From: Okamejei kenojei
Taxonomy: Eukaryota
Reading direction: 5' to 3'
Assembly: GCA_035221665.1 (NCBI GenBank)
Contig: CM069174.1
Span: 10,788,001 to 10,852,000, forward strand
DNA length: 64,000 nt
Made by a program: the position numbers and the translations under genes
The notes under the pieces: generated by a model
Told to the model about the DNA's origin: nothing
The model's database searches: none
Seen by the model: the letters and a program-made list of their open reading frames with translations, nothing else
Part shown: positions 50,401 to 60,429 of the stretch, one piece after another
How positions within the stretch are numbered: position 1 is the first letter of the stretch
How the letters are laid out: every line of letters begins with the position of its first letter

Positions 50401-53400
50401 CAAGGTAACATTAATATAAATTAGTGGGTGAGATCTGAACCATTGATCCAGTAACAAGGGGTCCAGTGGTCCAATCCCACCACAACAATGTTGGATTTAA
50501 AGTTTTAATAAATAATCTGATTTGAAAAGCTGATATGATATAATGATTAAGAAGCTGCCATTATATATATTTTTTAAAAGCTGACTCGCTAATGTCTTGG
50601 AGAAGGAAATCGGCTGATCTTATTTTACCCAGTCTGGAGTATAAGTGAATCCAGAAACAGGAATGCAATAGACTCCCAACTAACCTCTGAAATGGATTGA
50701 GGGCACATGGCGATGAGTAATAAATCCTTGCCTTGCCAGTGGCAAATAAATCAAAAAATACCCTGAACCATTTTTGCTTTCTCTTTATTTCTCTCTGTCG
50801 AGTAACTATCTCATTTCCCTTTTAATTTAAACACAATAGCCTAGCTGCATTTGGGACAAATGTTTTAACTCTGATCCCAAATTAATGTTGCTTTTGTACA
50901 GAAAGAGACACAAAATTCTGGAATAACTCAGTGGGTCAGGCAGCATCCCTGGAGAACATAGATGGGCGATGTTTTGGGTCAGATCCGTTGTTCTCCAATT
51001 ATGCTGCCTGTCCCGCTGAGTTACTCTCGCATTTTGTGTCTGTCTTTGGTATAAACCAGCATCTGCATTTCCTTGTTATTATTCTCTTACAATCTCACTG
51101 TGCTCTTTGGCTACTCGGTGAAATTTCACACAGTAGTGTTGTTCAAAAAGTGCAATTTAATCATTGCCAGTCCTTCCCAAATGGCAGCAAATCTACAAGG
51201 GCAGCCACTGATCTGCAAGAGATGTCTGATTTGCTGCAATACATCCACAAGTTTAAAATTAAACTGTATATGTTGAAGCAGGCCTACCAGCATCGAAAAG
51301 ATTGAAATATAAAAAGCCCCTAAAACTGCTGACATAAGAAATGTTCAATTTGAGGATGTTTATTGAGTCATATTTCATATGCCTTCAGGAGCCCTACCGA
51401 CCCCCCCATACTCCCCAACTGTGTCCCTTTCATCTCTCTCATAAAGGCTGGTTAAAAACTGGTGGGAGGGAAAAGGCTGGGAAAACAAACTAGTCATTTT
51501 TTAGGGGGAGCCCAGCTTGCTTCAGGTCCAAATGTGGAAGTTAGATGAGTTTCAGTATGACCAGCATTATTTTTGATTTTGTTATGTCATTAAGTGACAT
51601 AACTTTATTTTGATTAAGCAAGCAAATATTATGTTTCATTATTACTCTGTGGAGCTTTAAGTGTCAATCACATGAAGATCAGACCAGGGTAATGGGTGGC
51701 AGGTCTCCTTGCTGGAAGCATTAGAGAACCAGTTCTACTTCTGCAATAATAGGACACCTTTTGAATGGCCCAAGTTATTCATTCTCACAGTTTCCTTTGG
51801 GGTTTGAAATCTTCACTTGCAGGTTTAAGTCCCATAACTGTGTCACTCAACTACCATTGCTCCATGACTGGAGTTGCTTGCAGCTAATGAACAAGTGGGT
51901 GTGGTTATTTTCCCACTTTGCTTCTCTCTAAAATGGTGATTCACATTTGGGTAATTTCTATAGGAGCCAATGTCATCCAAGTTATTGTTTTCAGGCGAAT
52001 AACAGCAGTACATTTCTGGAGGGCATATTAGAAAGCAAATCTGGTCTTGCTTTGAATTGCCACCACAAGTTAAAAGGGACCCTGACTTCTAATTGATCCT
52101 CGTTCAGACAAGCTGAAGATGATTCTTTGCTCTTATTGTATCACATCCAAATTTCGTTCCAGCACATTGCAGTACACTTTTGATAACTGAGCAGACTTGG
52201 GGGTTTTGGAAATGGAAATCTTTTTTCTAAAAATGAAAAATGGCTGGTAAAACTGCAGTGAGGTTATTTGATCCACTGCCCATAGTTGCATCCCTATGCT
52301 AATCATGTGGCTACATTAATGTTTTGTAGCTGTCTGGCTGCTAACAACCTTTGTTGGCTCCCTGACAATTTTGTGAGCAGATAGAGCGGCAGTCAGGCCT
52401 CTATATGTTTCAGCCTGCAGGCTTGCTGGACTTTAACAGCTTGTGCTGTCGTACGCCTGTTTCACTGTTGCTAAGTGTCTCAAAGCTTTTTTTTAATGTT
52501 TTTTTAATCAAAATATTAATTAAATAAAAACATGCTCATAGAATTAAAGAACCAAAAAAGCAGGATAAGCTTAATGAATGTTGCCAATCCCAGTCAGATT
52601 AAAGGAGCTACATGAAATGTGCCAGCTGCATCCTGTGTAAAACAGAGGTACAATATAATTACATTCAGCACCTTGGTTCAGCCAGTTATTGAATGCTCTG
52701 AGGTAAATCCATGAATGGAGCAAGACATTTATTATGCCTATATCTGACCTCCAGTGCTTTTGTACTTTTGTGCTGCAGTGTGCAAGCGTTACAGTTGGAA
52801 TGCACTGATAAGCGTGTTGCAGTTTCTTTAGCACAATCTGGCTCAATGTTGCGAGTGAGTGAAGCTCCTAATTGGCAAAATCTACGTAGAAAATATGACC
52901 CATGGGGTTAATGTAACAGGATGCAGCTGCTCTCTGTGAATGGTTCGTTGTTAGATAATTGGGGCGTGGTGTATTTGAGAATAGCATCCACAATTTGTAT
53001 TGCTATTGCAATAACATAACCTTCAAAATAAAAAGTGTAAGCAAAGATTAAAGAAACATTCGTGTCAATGCCTTGCAAACGCAAAGACTTTAATAGATTG
53101 ACATTATCAGGCTATTAAAAATGACTTTCAAAAATATTCTCCTCTATCTGTTCAAAATACTAAATCCAATTCCAAGTTCTAGCTTCAGGAAAGTTTGAGT
53201 TACTTATATAAATTTTAGGGTTGGAGTAATATATTTTTCTGCCTATTTCCATTTTCAGATTCCAAAGGAGCAAGTGATTGACACTGTGTACTTGTTTCAT
53301 ATGCCTCGGAAGAGGATGATCTCGCTGCGTTTCCTTGCATGGTATTTTCTAGGTCTGTATGTGTTACAACCCATTTCTGTAGATCAACATGCATCATTCC

Positions 53401-56400
53401 AAACCTTTTTTGCATTCATTGTGACTTATCAGTGGGTTTAAGAAGTTAAAATTGCTGATTGCATTGAGTTACAAAAATAGATGGGAAGGCATGTTGTGAT
53501 GAAGAGATTTGTACTGGTTATGGATGGGTTGAGTGAGTGGTGAAATATTACCAAATGGAGTTTTATATGGGAAAGTGAGATCATGCATTTCGGTAAGAGG
53601 AACCAAATGGCAAATTATTATTTAAATGGATAGAGAGTGCATATGAATAGAGCACAGAGATTTGGATGTTCAGGTACATGAATATCAATAGGTTAGCAGG
53701 CAGGTGCAGCAAATGGTCAAGAAGGCAAATGACATATTGGCCTTTATTGCAAGATGGTTGGAGTTTAGAAATTAGAAAATATTATTACAAATGTACAGGG
53801 TTGAGGTGGGGTACTGGGCACAGTTTTGGTCCCATTACTTTAGAAATGATACTAGAATTGGAAGCAGTCCAAAAGACATTCAAGAGTAGACACAATGTGC
53901 TGGAGTAACTCAGCGGGTGAGGCAGCATCTCTGGAGAGAAGGAATGGGCAACGCTTCGGGTTGAGACCCTTCTTCAGACATTCAGGAGTTCAATTCCTAG
54001 GATGAGAGGACTATTCTATCATGAGCGGCTAAAGTAATTAAATCTACATTCTTTGGAGTTTAGAAGAATGAGAGGTGATGTTGCTGAAACATATTCGATC
54101 CTTGAGGGGCATGATAGTGCAGATGTTGAGATGCTCAAGTGGACATAGTTTTAAATGACCACCCCCTAATCCTGTAACTGACGTGTGTCGGGACATCTCA
54201 CAGAGGGTGGTGAATCTCTGGAATTCTCTATCTCGGAGGATCTTGGAGGCTGGGTCATTGGTTTTTAAAGAGGTGGATAAATATTTGAAATACTGGAATT
54301 GAGAGTTATAGGGAACTGGCACAGAAGAGATGAGGTCTGGGACAGATCAGCCATTGTCATATTGAATGATGGGGCAGGGCTGAGTGGTTTACTCCTGCTC
54401 CTATGTTCTTATGTTTTACTGAATGGCATGACATTGAGTACTGCAGTTAAACCTACAGGAGAAAGGTGACTGCCCAGCATTTCAGTAGTTTGGGCTTTTG
54501 TCCATGAGATTGCTGCCTGATATGGGAAAGCTGAATCTTGTGGATCTTGAAGATCCCATACCTGGTTAATGTTAATTAATATTATCTGGGGCAACAACAG
54601 AGGCACAGCAATTGGTCTTCATACTGTTTAGCATCCTTCCAAAATGAGAGGGGCCAATGTTCAGCTTCAAATGTGACTTTTTCCCAATTAAAATCATCTG
54701 CTAATGCTTAGTGCGTAGGTTCAAGTGTAAAATGACTGCTTTGTTAATAAGAACTGGTGCATAACACAATTGGGTGTTAGTACTTGCAGGAAAGGTTGGG
54801 AAGAATTGGACCAAAAATAGACAAGCTGGTAGAGAGGGGGTTTAGTTAGGCCTCTGTTGGAGGATGTTGTCCAGCCTTGCAAAATGTGCTCAAATATGGA
54901 GAGATTGATTGGTGCTTTGTTGATTTCTTGGATAGAACTCAAAATTCAGGGTGAAACGCATGATAGCATAGAGGATGCCCGTACAGCACTACAACTCTAT
55001 CGAAAGTACCTGGAATTGACCAAGCACGGCATGGACGTAGATGAATTCCGAAAAATACTGAAAGGTCTATATGAGAAGGGCAGAAAGATGGACTGGAAAG
55101 TACCAGAGTCTGAAGAAGTCCAGAGCAGTCCAAAAAGTAAGTGCCTCTTTTATTTCTTATTTTTGTGTAAAGAGATTTTATTGCATAAACTTAAAATCTA
55201 AGAGATGCTTATCAAAAGATAATGCTGAAGCCTTGGAAAATCAGACTTTTGGGAACTGCATGGACATTGACCTTTACCTGCAGCACACTGCTGAGGTAAA
55301 ACTGTGCTGACTAAATTGTATTGAATTTGGTGATTCAATTTTCTGGAACATGGGCTCAGCACAAAACCCTCCTTTAATTCAGTACTAATTAGCTATTATT
55401 TAGTCCACAAGGTGGAGTGAGAAATGCCATGCAGGGAAAGTTTTTCACTATCTGATTATGCTTACTTTTACCTCTCTGACTTGGTATCAGCCCCTCCTTA
55501 TCTTCTATCTTGCTGATGAGTTCCTTTTCTGCTGTCACCCTTGCCCTTGGAAGTCTCTTGTAAATTGCTCTTTTAATATTTCACTTTTATGGTGACATTG
55601 CACAATTTCTCTTCAGTATCACTAGGTCTGATCAATGATTAATCCCCTGCTTGCCTGCTGCTGCTCTGCCCACCCCACGCCCTCTCCTCTCCTCTATCCA
55701 CTGTTCAAAATCTGCTTTACTCACTGTTTGCAAAACCCTTCAAGATTATTATTTTTTAAGCCATCCAGTTAATGCTGGCACTAAATGCCCAAAGCATAAT
55801 ATGTACCCTTTTCTCAGCACTGATGTTTTCTGTCTGAAACTTTATTTAACTTTTATTTTTAGTGTTTGTTTCATTCTATTTTAAGTCTATTTTGTTTGAT
55901 TAGTAAGTGCAGAATTAGATGAGTGCAAAGATGTTAACTGTCTCAAATCCAGCAGTTGAACTAAACTGCAGAATATTTTAATAGTGTCTGAAAATTTGGC
56001 TGGGTTTGTATTGTATGATAGGATTGATCCAGCCATCTGGATATGCCTTGATATACTCTGAACTAGTGCCTCGCAAGACTAAGAGTAGAAGGTTGCCACT
56101 TGAATAACAGTGATTCTGAGAATATTGGGTTGCATAATTTTGAGACTCAACGTGATTCATTTCTCAAATGTTTTGTTTATAAGTAGCTTTTTGGCATGCT
56201 AACCCCTTTAGCCGACTTCATCTGCAACCCCACCCTACCCGAAACTGAAACAAAATGCTTGGTAGAATGATGTAGTGATGCAGGCATTTATTTTCTTGGT
56301 AGTTGTTCATACTTGTCATAATTTGTCTGGAGTGATCTTTCACATTGTCCATTCTCTGTAGGTAGCAAAAGTTGTTGAATGTTGCATGAATTAAGAATAT

Positions 56401-57392
56401 AGGGTTTTCCATTGAATTTTGATATGCTATATATAAACAATACTTTTTAGGTGGGTTACAACAGACTTATGCAAAGAATTAGGTGATTAACAGCCAGATT
56501 TAAAATTCATAATGTGCTTGGTTCTCCTTCAGTTTGGTCAGTAGAGTGGAGGCTTAAGCTTGCGCCAGGACACCTGCTCTTATGGGACCTTGCAATGCGC
56601 AAATCAGTTGCTGTGTTTGCCTGCTCTTTCTATTATTGCAGTACCATCTCCAAAAACGTATGCCTTCAAATAAATCTATTGGGACTTCCTGAAAATGTTA
56701 AAAGGTGCTGCTCAAATGGACTCAATTCTTCTTTAAGCATCTTTTGTTTCAAAACTCCAAATCAATCCTGTTTTGCTTGCTAAATATCCCCCAGACCATG
56801 ACTGTAAGGAGCTGCAAGAACTGGTTTCAACAACCCTGCTGAGTAACTGCAGCACACGTATGCATAAGAATGCTTGGTTATGTTCTCCATTTCTGAAAAA
56901 AAAAGCAAACAGTTTGTTCTCATGTTGCAAAGTTGTAACATGATATAAAATCTGGAATATTTATGTACAATGAATCACTGATTAATTCACAACTGGATCT
57001 GGCATTGAACCTACTGCTGAGTGATGAAATGGAAGTTTCCTTTCCAGTGAAGTGGACAGAGCTAGCCTTGGTTGGTACTGAATTTCCAATGCCACCCAGA
57101 GAGAGGAGAGATGGGTGGCTGGAATTGGAAATGCCAGATTATTGCATTTTTGGCGCAAAGTAAAGAAATAGAGGGAGCTCTACTCAGCAAAGGGTGTAAA
57201 ACCTGGAAGAATGTTCCATTCCCTAGTACCTCTCGGCCTGATGATCACACAGTATTAGAATCCACTTTACGTACTCTTCATTCCCCATGATGAGTTAATG
57301 GGATTAATCTTGATAGTTTTATAAAATGCAGATTCTACACCTTCAAGCTTGTTTTTTCTCTTAAATCAGGCTCTCAATTTTCTCACCTCTGA
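20180..57392 (+). CDS. PAN2: PAN2 poly(A)-specific ribonuclease catalytic subunit, spliced gene span (WD40, pseudo-UCH, DEDDh exonuclease), 25 coding exons, about 1205 aa
   Basis: Exon translations match recalled human PAN2 throughout. All introns are GT-AG with consistent phases; exons 1-24 sum to 3595 nt. DEDDh motifs GLDAEFV, HGLQKDF and HDSIEDA are intact. Confidence 0.97.
21245..21990 (-). mobile_element. CR1 LINE 3' fragment
   Basis: [31 protein letters not shown]. Confidence 0.85.
21730..22121. repeat. 106-bp inverted repeat of CR1 sequence
   Basis: 21730-21835 is the near-identical reverse complement of 22016-22121. Confidence 0.85.
22843..23012 (+). CDS. PAN2: PAN2 coding exon 2
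   Basis: ctag|GHATSFFGP...RGGLIMFDY|gtaagt, 170 nt. Confidence 0.95.
23507..23627 (+). CDS. PAN2: PAN2 coding exon 3
   Basis: [14 protein letters not shown]...QESEK|gtaagg, 121 nt. Confidence 0.95.
24239..24316 (+). CDS. PAN2: PAN2 coding exon 4
   Basis: [26 protein letters not shown]|gtattt, 78 nt. Confidence 0.95.
25268..25445 (+). mobile_element. tRNA-derived V-SINE (HE1-like)
   Basis: A box TGGTGCAGCTGG, B box GGTTTGATCC, V-domain tgtgtggagtttgcatgttctccc..tcctccgggtgctcc. Confidence 0.8.
25715..25982 (+). CDS. PAN2: PAN2 coding exon 5
   Basis: [21 protein letters not shown]...LAIISQS, 268 nt. Confidence 0.95.
26312..26560 (+). mobile_element. Penelope-derived unit (core 26316-26343) abutting a CR1 fragment
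   Basis: CTGAAGAAGGGTTCTGACCCGAAAAGTC, then CR1 sequence ([31 protein letters not shown]). Confidence 0.7.
27041..27383 (+). CDS. PAN2: PAN2 coding exon 6
   Basis: [10 protein letters not shown]...[13 protein letters not shown]|gtaatt, 343 nt. Confidence 0.95.
27640..30104 (-). mobile_element. Rex1/Babar-clade non-LTR retrotransposon, young, 5'-truncated
   Basis: Stop-free frame from [15 protein letters not shown] (AP endonuclease) through RT motifs [13 protein letters not shown] and KFADD to [11 protein letters not shown]. (TTGAA)n 3' tail at 27640-27660. Visibly more GC-rich than its flanks. Confidence 0.92.
27775..30009 (-). CDS. Rex1 endonuclease/reverse transcriptase ORF (744 aa, N-terminally truncated)
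   Basis: ORF track; AGDFNH and SDH APE motifs, [21 protein letters not shown]. Confidence 0.9.
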   Translation of the reverse strand: MEELQAAISRQLTAHPEGAFIVAGDFNHSNLKTVLPRFHQHVSCPTRGNKTLDLVYTNITEAYKALPLPHLGQSDHLSLFLLPKYTPLIRRVKPSVRTVKVWPEGAVSVLQEQFQQTDWSLFATQATFNSQVDINSYTSTVLDYIKFCTDNVTTHKEIKTFPNQKPWMSREVRLLLKARDAAFKSGDAEGYSSSRANLKKGIRNAKLNHKRRIEEHFRNNSDPRRMWQGIKSIADYHKVNTPPPDNASLPDELNHFYARFDRDNKTPAIKVAPPPHEQPLSLSTSAVQDALSKVNEHKAAGPDGIPGRVLRACAGQLSLVLTDIFNLSLAQDVIPTCLKTSTIVPVPKQSATGSLNDFRPVALTPVIAKCFERLILAHLKASLPPTLDPHQFAYRTNRSTEDAISAALHSALTHLDSNNTYIRLLFIDFSSAFNTVIPASLITKLSGLGISTSLCNWTLDFLTNRPQSVRVNNLTSSTITLNTGVPQGCVLSPLLYSLFTHDCIPKFSSNAIIKFADDTTVVGLISDNDESAYREEVQHLTTWCANNNLVLNSQKTKEIIVDFRKNRGGRHTPIHINGTEVERVSNYKFLGVHISEDLSWSLNTSKLIKKAQQRLYFLRRLKKAQLSPQILTNFYRCTIESILTTCFTVWYSSCTVADRKALQRVVKTAQYIIGAPLPALDALHRKRCLRRAGKIIKDPSHPNHGLFALLPSGRRYRSLRSRTSRMRSSFYNNTIALLNSESRR
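31175..31271 (+). CDS. PAN2: PAN2 coding exon 7
   Basis: [32 protein letters not shown], 97 nt. Confidence 0.95.
31612..32165 (-). mobile_element. Two tandem V-SINE copies (about 31612-31902 and 31925-32165)
   Basis: Both have (CTAAA)n tails (gtttagtttagagatacag on +), a CR1-like 3' part and a tRNA-like head. Confidence 0.82.
32765..33360 (+). mobile_element. CR1 LINE 3' fragment
   Basis: [14 protein letters not shown] and RTRGHGFK; typical 3'UTR gggccgaagggcc. Confidence 0.85.
33922..34041 (+). CDS. PAN2: PAN2 coding exon 8
   Basis: [40 protein letters not shown], 120 nt. Confidence 0.95.
34545..34940 (-). mobile_element. CR1 LINE 3' end
   Basis: [24 protein letters not shown]; (GGTTATAT)n-like tail. 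Confidence 0.85.
35065..35184 (+). CDS. PAN2: PAN2 coding exon 9
   Basis: [40 protein letters not shown], 120 nt. Confidence 0.96.
36853..36981 (+). CDS. PAN2: PAN2 coding exon 10
   Basis: [43 protein letters not shown], 129 nt. Confidence 0.96.
37516..37715 (+). CDS. PAN2: PAN2 coding exon 11
   Basis: [26 protein letters not shown]...QAYRSVMG, 200 nt. Confidence 0.95.
38192..38340 (+). CDS. PAN2: PAN2 coding exon 12
   Basis: [27 protein letters not shown]...YPDINTA|gtgagt, 149 nt. Confidence 0.95.
39375..39481 (+). CDS. PAN2: PAN2 coding exon 13
   Basis: [35 protein letters not shown], 107 nt. Confidence 0.95.
40538..40636 (+). CDS. PAN2: PAN2 coding exon 14
   Basis: [33 protein letters not shown], 99 nt. 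Confidence 0.95.
41476..41549 (+). CDS. PAN2: PAN2 coding exon 15 (divergent)
   Basis: tgcag|[24 protein letters not shown](W)|gtaggg, 74 nt, phase 0/2. Same length as the corresponding human segment ending in W. Confidence 0.85.
42235..43360 (-). mobile_element. Degenerate Rex1-like LINE 3' fragment
   Basis: [24 protein letters not shown] and [13 protein letters not shown], with frameshifts. Confidence 0.85.
43576..43717 (+). CDS. PAN2: PAN2 coding exon 16
   Basis: [47 protein letters not shown]|gtatgt, 142 nt. Confidence 0.92.
44125..44400 (+). mobile_element. CR1 LINE 3' end, decayed
   Basis: gggcatagatttaaggtgagg...ggctgaagagcctgtttctatgctgta. Confidence 0.7.
45525..45662 (+). CDS. PAN2: PAN2 coding exon 17
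   Basis: [46 protein letters not shown], 138 nt. Confidence 0.94.
46513..46572 (+). CDS. PAN2: PAN2 coding exon 18
   Basis: [20 protein letters not shown], 60 nt. Confidence 0.95.
47123..47213 (+). CDS. PAN2: PAN2 coding exon 19
   Basis: [30 protein letters not shown], 91 nt. Confidence 0.93.
47825..47982 (+). CDS. PAN2: PAN2 coding exon 20
   Basis: [21 protein letters not shown]...[12 protein letters not shown] (Exo I motif), 158 nt. Confidence 0.96.
48096..48239 (+). CDS. PAN2: PAN2 coding exon 21
   Basis: [48 protein letters not shown], 144 nt. Confidence 0.96.
48662..48841 (+). CDS. PAN2: PAN2 coding exon 22
   Basis: [17 protein letters not shown]...[13 protein letters not shown], 180 nt. 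Confidence 0.95.
49170..50357 (+). mobile_element. CR1-clade LINE, 5'-truncated
   Basis: [56 protein letters not shown]; 3'UTR ending ctatgtttc. Confidence 0.92.
50900..51075. repeat. Inverted pair of Penelope-derived terminal units
   Basis: About 50906-50958 is the imperfect reverse complement of about 50989-51041. Confidence 0.7.
53259..53352 (+). CDS. PAN2: PAN2 coding exon 23
   Basis: [31 protein letters not shown], 94 nt. Confidence 0.96.
53460..54415 (+). mobile_element. Older CR1 LINE 3' fragment
   Basis: Degenerate homology to 49500-50350; tail ctcctgctcctatgttcttatg. Confidence 0.8.
53888..53977 (-). mobile_element. Solo Penelope-derived unit inserted in a CR1, with 14-bp TSD
   Basis: AGACATTCAAGAGT at 53874-53887 and AGACATTCAGGAGT at 53976-53989 (one mismatch). 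Confidence 0.75.
54936..55136 (+). CDS. PAN2: PAN2 coding exon 24
   Basis: [24 protein letters not shown]...QSSPK|gtaagt, 201 nt, ends in phase 1. Confidence 0.96.
57370..57392 (+). CDS. PAN2: Probable PAN2 terminal coding exon (SSQFSHL*)
   Basis: Acceptor gttttttctcttaaatcag, followed by about 1.2 kb of apparently repeat-free AT-rich sequence ending near AATAAA. Reading frame is ambiguous (see findings). Confidence 0.55.
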
Positions 57393-58614
57393 TGGGTTTA
57401 AATGTGAAGACACCGAATGAACTATCTAATCTAATGAGGAGTGAATCTGCAGCATTTGAGGGGAATGAAGTTTGTATTTTTAACAAATTCCTGAAGAAAT
57501 CTATTTCTAAGTGGAGATGGCTTGAAATGGTGCTTGATTGTCACTGTATTATATCGTGGAGCACTGATCTGACTGGATGAAGAATGAGAAAGAAGGTTGG
57601 ATTCTTAGGAAAAAGAAACCATAAGGAATCGCTTTGGCAAAATGGAAACGATATAAAACTAGGGAATACTAGAAATCAAACCCAGGCACCCTTTGAGGAA
57701 AAAGTTAATGTTTTAACGTTGTTGAACTTTGCTATAATTGCACGTATCACTGTTGAGGACTGGCATTTTGTCAAGGCTTCAATCTCCAGAGGTTTATTGA
57801 CAAACATTCCATGCTTTAAAAAAAAAATAATGTTCTTCCTATTTTCTTAAGCTTCACTTTTTATTTTAAGAATGAGTGCCCATCTGCGGCCGTGCTCATA
57901 GGACAGAATAACATTCCTGTGAAGGAAGAATGCTTAATTCAAATATCACAGACGTGGTTGGCAGATTTGGGCAGCTCTGAGATAGAATTTAAATCTTTGT
58001 ATTCGCCTATTCCAGGAAGAAAGCAGATAGGGGTGAAATCATGCATCGCCCGCAGGTTGCACATGCATCAGTACGTATCAGTAAAATCATTGCTTTCCAA
58101 GAAATAGTTGTCTTCCCTGTTGTAGATATTGTGTTTTATATCCTGTCATTCTGAATATGGTATTTCCACAATTTTAATAACTTAACAAAATATTTTAGAT
58201 TGTTTAATTGGACAATTAGATATGGGATTGATGTCACGATCGCAGTTTTACCAAATGTAACAGTCCACGCTCTTGAGCTTTGTATTTATGTCACTCCTCA
58301 GTCTTTCCAGATAGCCAGCAGAATGATGCAGAATCTTCAGTTACACTGCCGAGGTTCCTGAACTCTCAGGACTTTTAAAGCTTAAAATGTGGCCTTGAGT
58401 TTACAAATCTCCAAATGGCTACCAATCTTTATTACAGTATTTTACACAGATATTAATATGGTGCGAAGCTCTATCAATATTCGCCGTTAAGTTGCATACG
58501 TACCTGCATTGGAAGGAAAAATATTTGCACTTCCTATATTAAAAAAAGAAAATGGAAGCTCTTTTAAAGATTTTCAGTTGAAAAAGTTCTCGTCTACCTT
58601 GCTTTTCTGAAGAT

Positions 58615-58620
58615 AATAAA
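58615..58620 (+). terminator. Candidate PAN2 polyadenylation signal
   Basis: AATAAA followed by T-rich downstream sequence at the end of the putative 3'UTR. Confidence 0.45.
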
Positions 58621-58894
58621 CTTTATTTTTTAATGAAATTCATGGTCTCTTTTTTTTACCCCAAAATCCTTGTCAGTGCTACACTAAGAGCAAAGTAACT
58701 ATTGTGATTTGAGCCCAGACTACTTGCATACAATACACTAAGTTTCCACCTCGTTGATTTGGTTATGCTAGTTCATTGTTTAAAAAAGATTTAGCTCAGC
58801 CTCAAACAAAGGATGGTTATTTTGGGGGGGGGGGGGGTGATGAAATGGGTGACAGTTGGCTGCACTTCATTGATTAACGTTAAAATATATAATT

Positions 58895-59008
58895 GCACCC
58901 AGAGAAAACCCACGCTGTCACAGGGAGAACGTTCAGACAGCACGCAGAGTCAGGATTGAACCCAGGTCCCTGGCCCTGTAAGGCAGCAACTCTACCACTG
59001 CACCACTA
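58895..59008 (-). mobile_element. V-SINE 5' part
   Basis: + strand reads gtcaggattgaacccagg...aggcagcaactctaccactgcacc. Confidence 0.7.
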
Positions 59009-60429
59009 TTAATGGATCTAATATGGAATTCCCTTCCCAACAGCACCTTCGGAGCAACTGTAGTGGTCAAATTCAGCTCACCACTACCACCTTAAGGGCA
59101 ATAAATGCTGGCCTAAGTGATGCCCAGATCCTATAAATACATTTTTTAAAGGATAATCTGTTTGCAGTGAATGCAAGCTTGGCATGTGAGTTTCTAAATG
59201 AATTATTGAATTTGTTTTGAATGTTGTACATGGGACCCATCATGACCCAAATGCTGTTGTGGGAGACGTTACTCCCACGACAACTCTAGTATGTGGACCC
59301 AGTTTTGACTTTCAGCAAAACGCTTTTCTTTCAGCGCAAACTCTTTGAGAGTCAAACTTACCTAACTAATCTGGTTGCGCAGATTTAAATCCAGAACTCT
59401 TCTGAAGTTTATCTCATGTTTCCCAGAATCCTGATCCTTGGGTTAGCATGTATGTTGCAGAAGTACAATCCAAATACTATTGAAGTTGAAAGGGATGTAC
59501 TCCAATTCTATTATGCTCTAATTCCTTTACCGATATTTTATAAATGATTAATGTTTGACAATGGGTTACAATGTGAAACATAGCCAATTAACCCACATTA
59601 GACAATATGCTTTCCTGACTTAATTGCACTTTGTGTTTGCTATCACTGCTACAATATCTGATCTCTGAGTTCTCAGCTCTTTCTTTGAGAAGTACTTTTT
59701 ATGCTCTCAGCTCTCATATCGTGGTCCCAGCAACCACGTTAAACTTTCATTATTGAAGAACAATGTACAATTTTGGGGCTTCAAAGAGTTCAGCAGCTGA
59801 GGATTGAGAAGAATGTTTAGCACCAAAGCAGACATTGGTCTCCTTTGATGTAGCATTGACTGTATAACTTGGAAGTGCTGCCTGAATTCCATTATACATG
59901 TCTTAATGTTTGTTCATACACATGGAAAATACCAAGGCTGCCACAGTTCATAACATAGCGTGGTGGAGAGCAAGGGTAATAAAATGCATGACTCACTCAA
60001 TTTATTGTACAAAACATACCATACTGTTTTTTTTCACATTCTGCAAACATTGTTCTGTTTATTCAATTTGTGTCTATCATACTTCCCAGTTTTTAAGCAT
60101 TATAAGGTGGACTCAAAGTAAAACCACCATTCCTTCTCTCCAGAGATACTGCCTCGCGTCTGCACACATACTAGGTAGACTATTGCTTTGTCCTTTCCGT
60201 GCATTTATTGTTCTCTTGCTCTTAGCTCATTCAACTGTGTAGCCACGTGTTGGATGTACTATGTGTTGTCAAGCATGGCTAATATCCTTTGCCCCTCACT
60301 GCTTTATCACTCCCCATTCTGGGATGTAAATTGGCTATCTTGCAAGAGACAGGTTTTCTTTTTTCTTTGTCCTTATTCAGTCCCTGAAGCATAAAGCAAC
60401 ACTGAATAGCAAATTTATATTAGCCCCAA

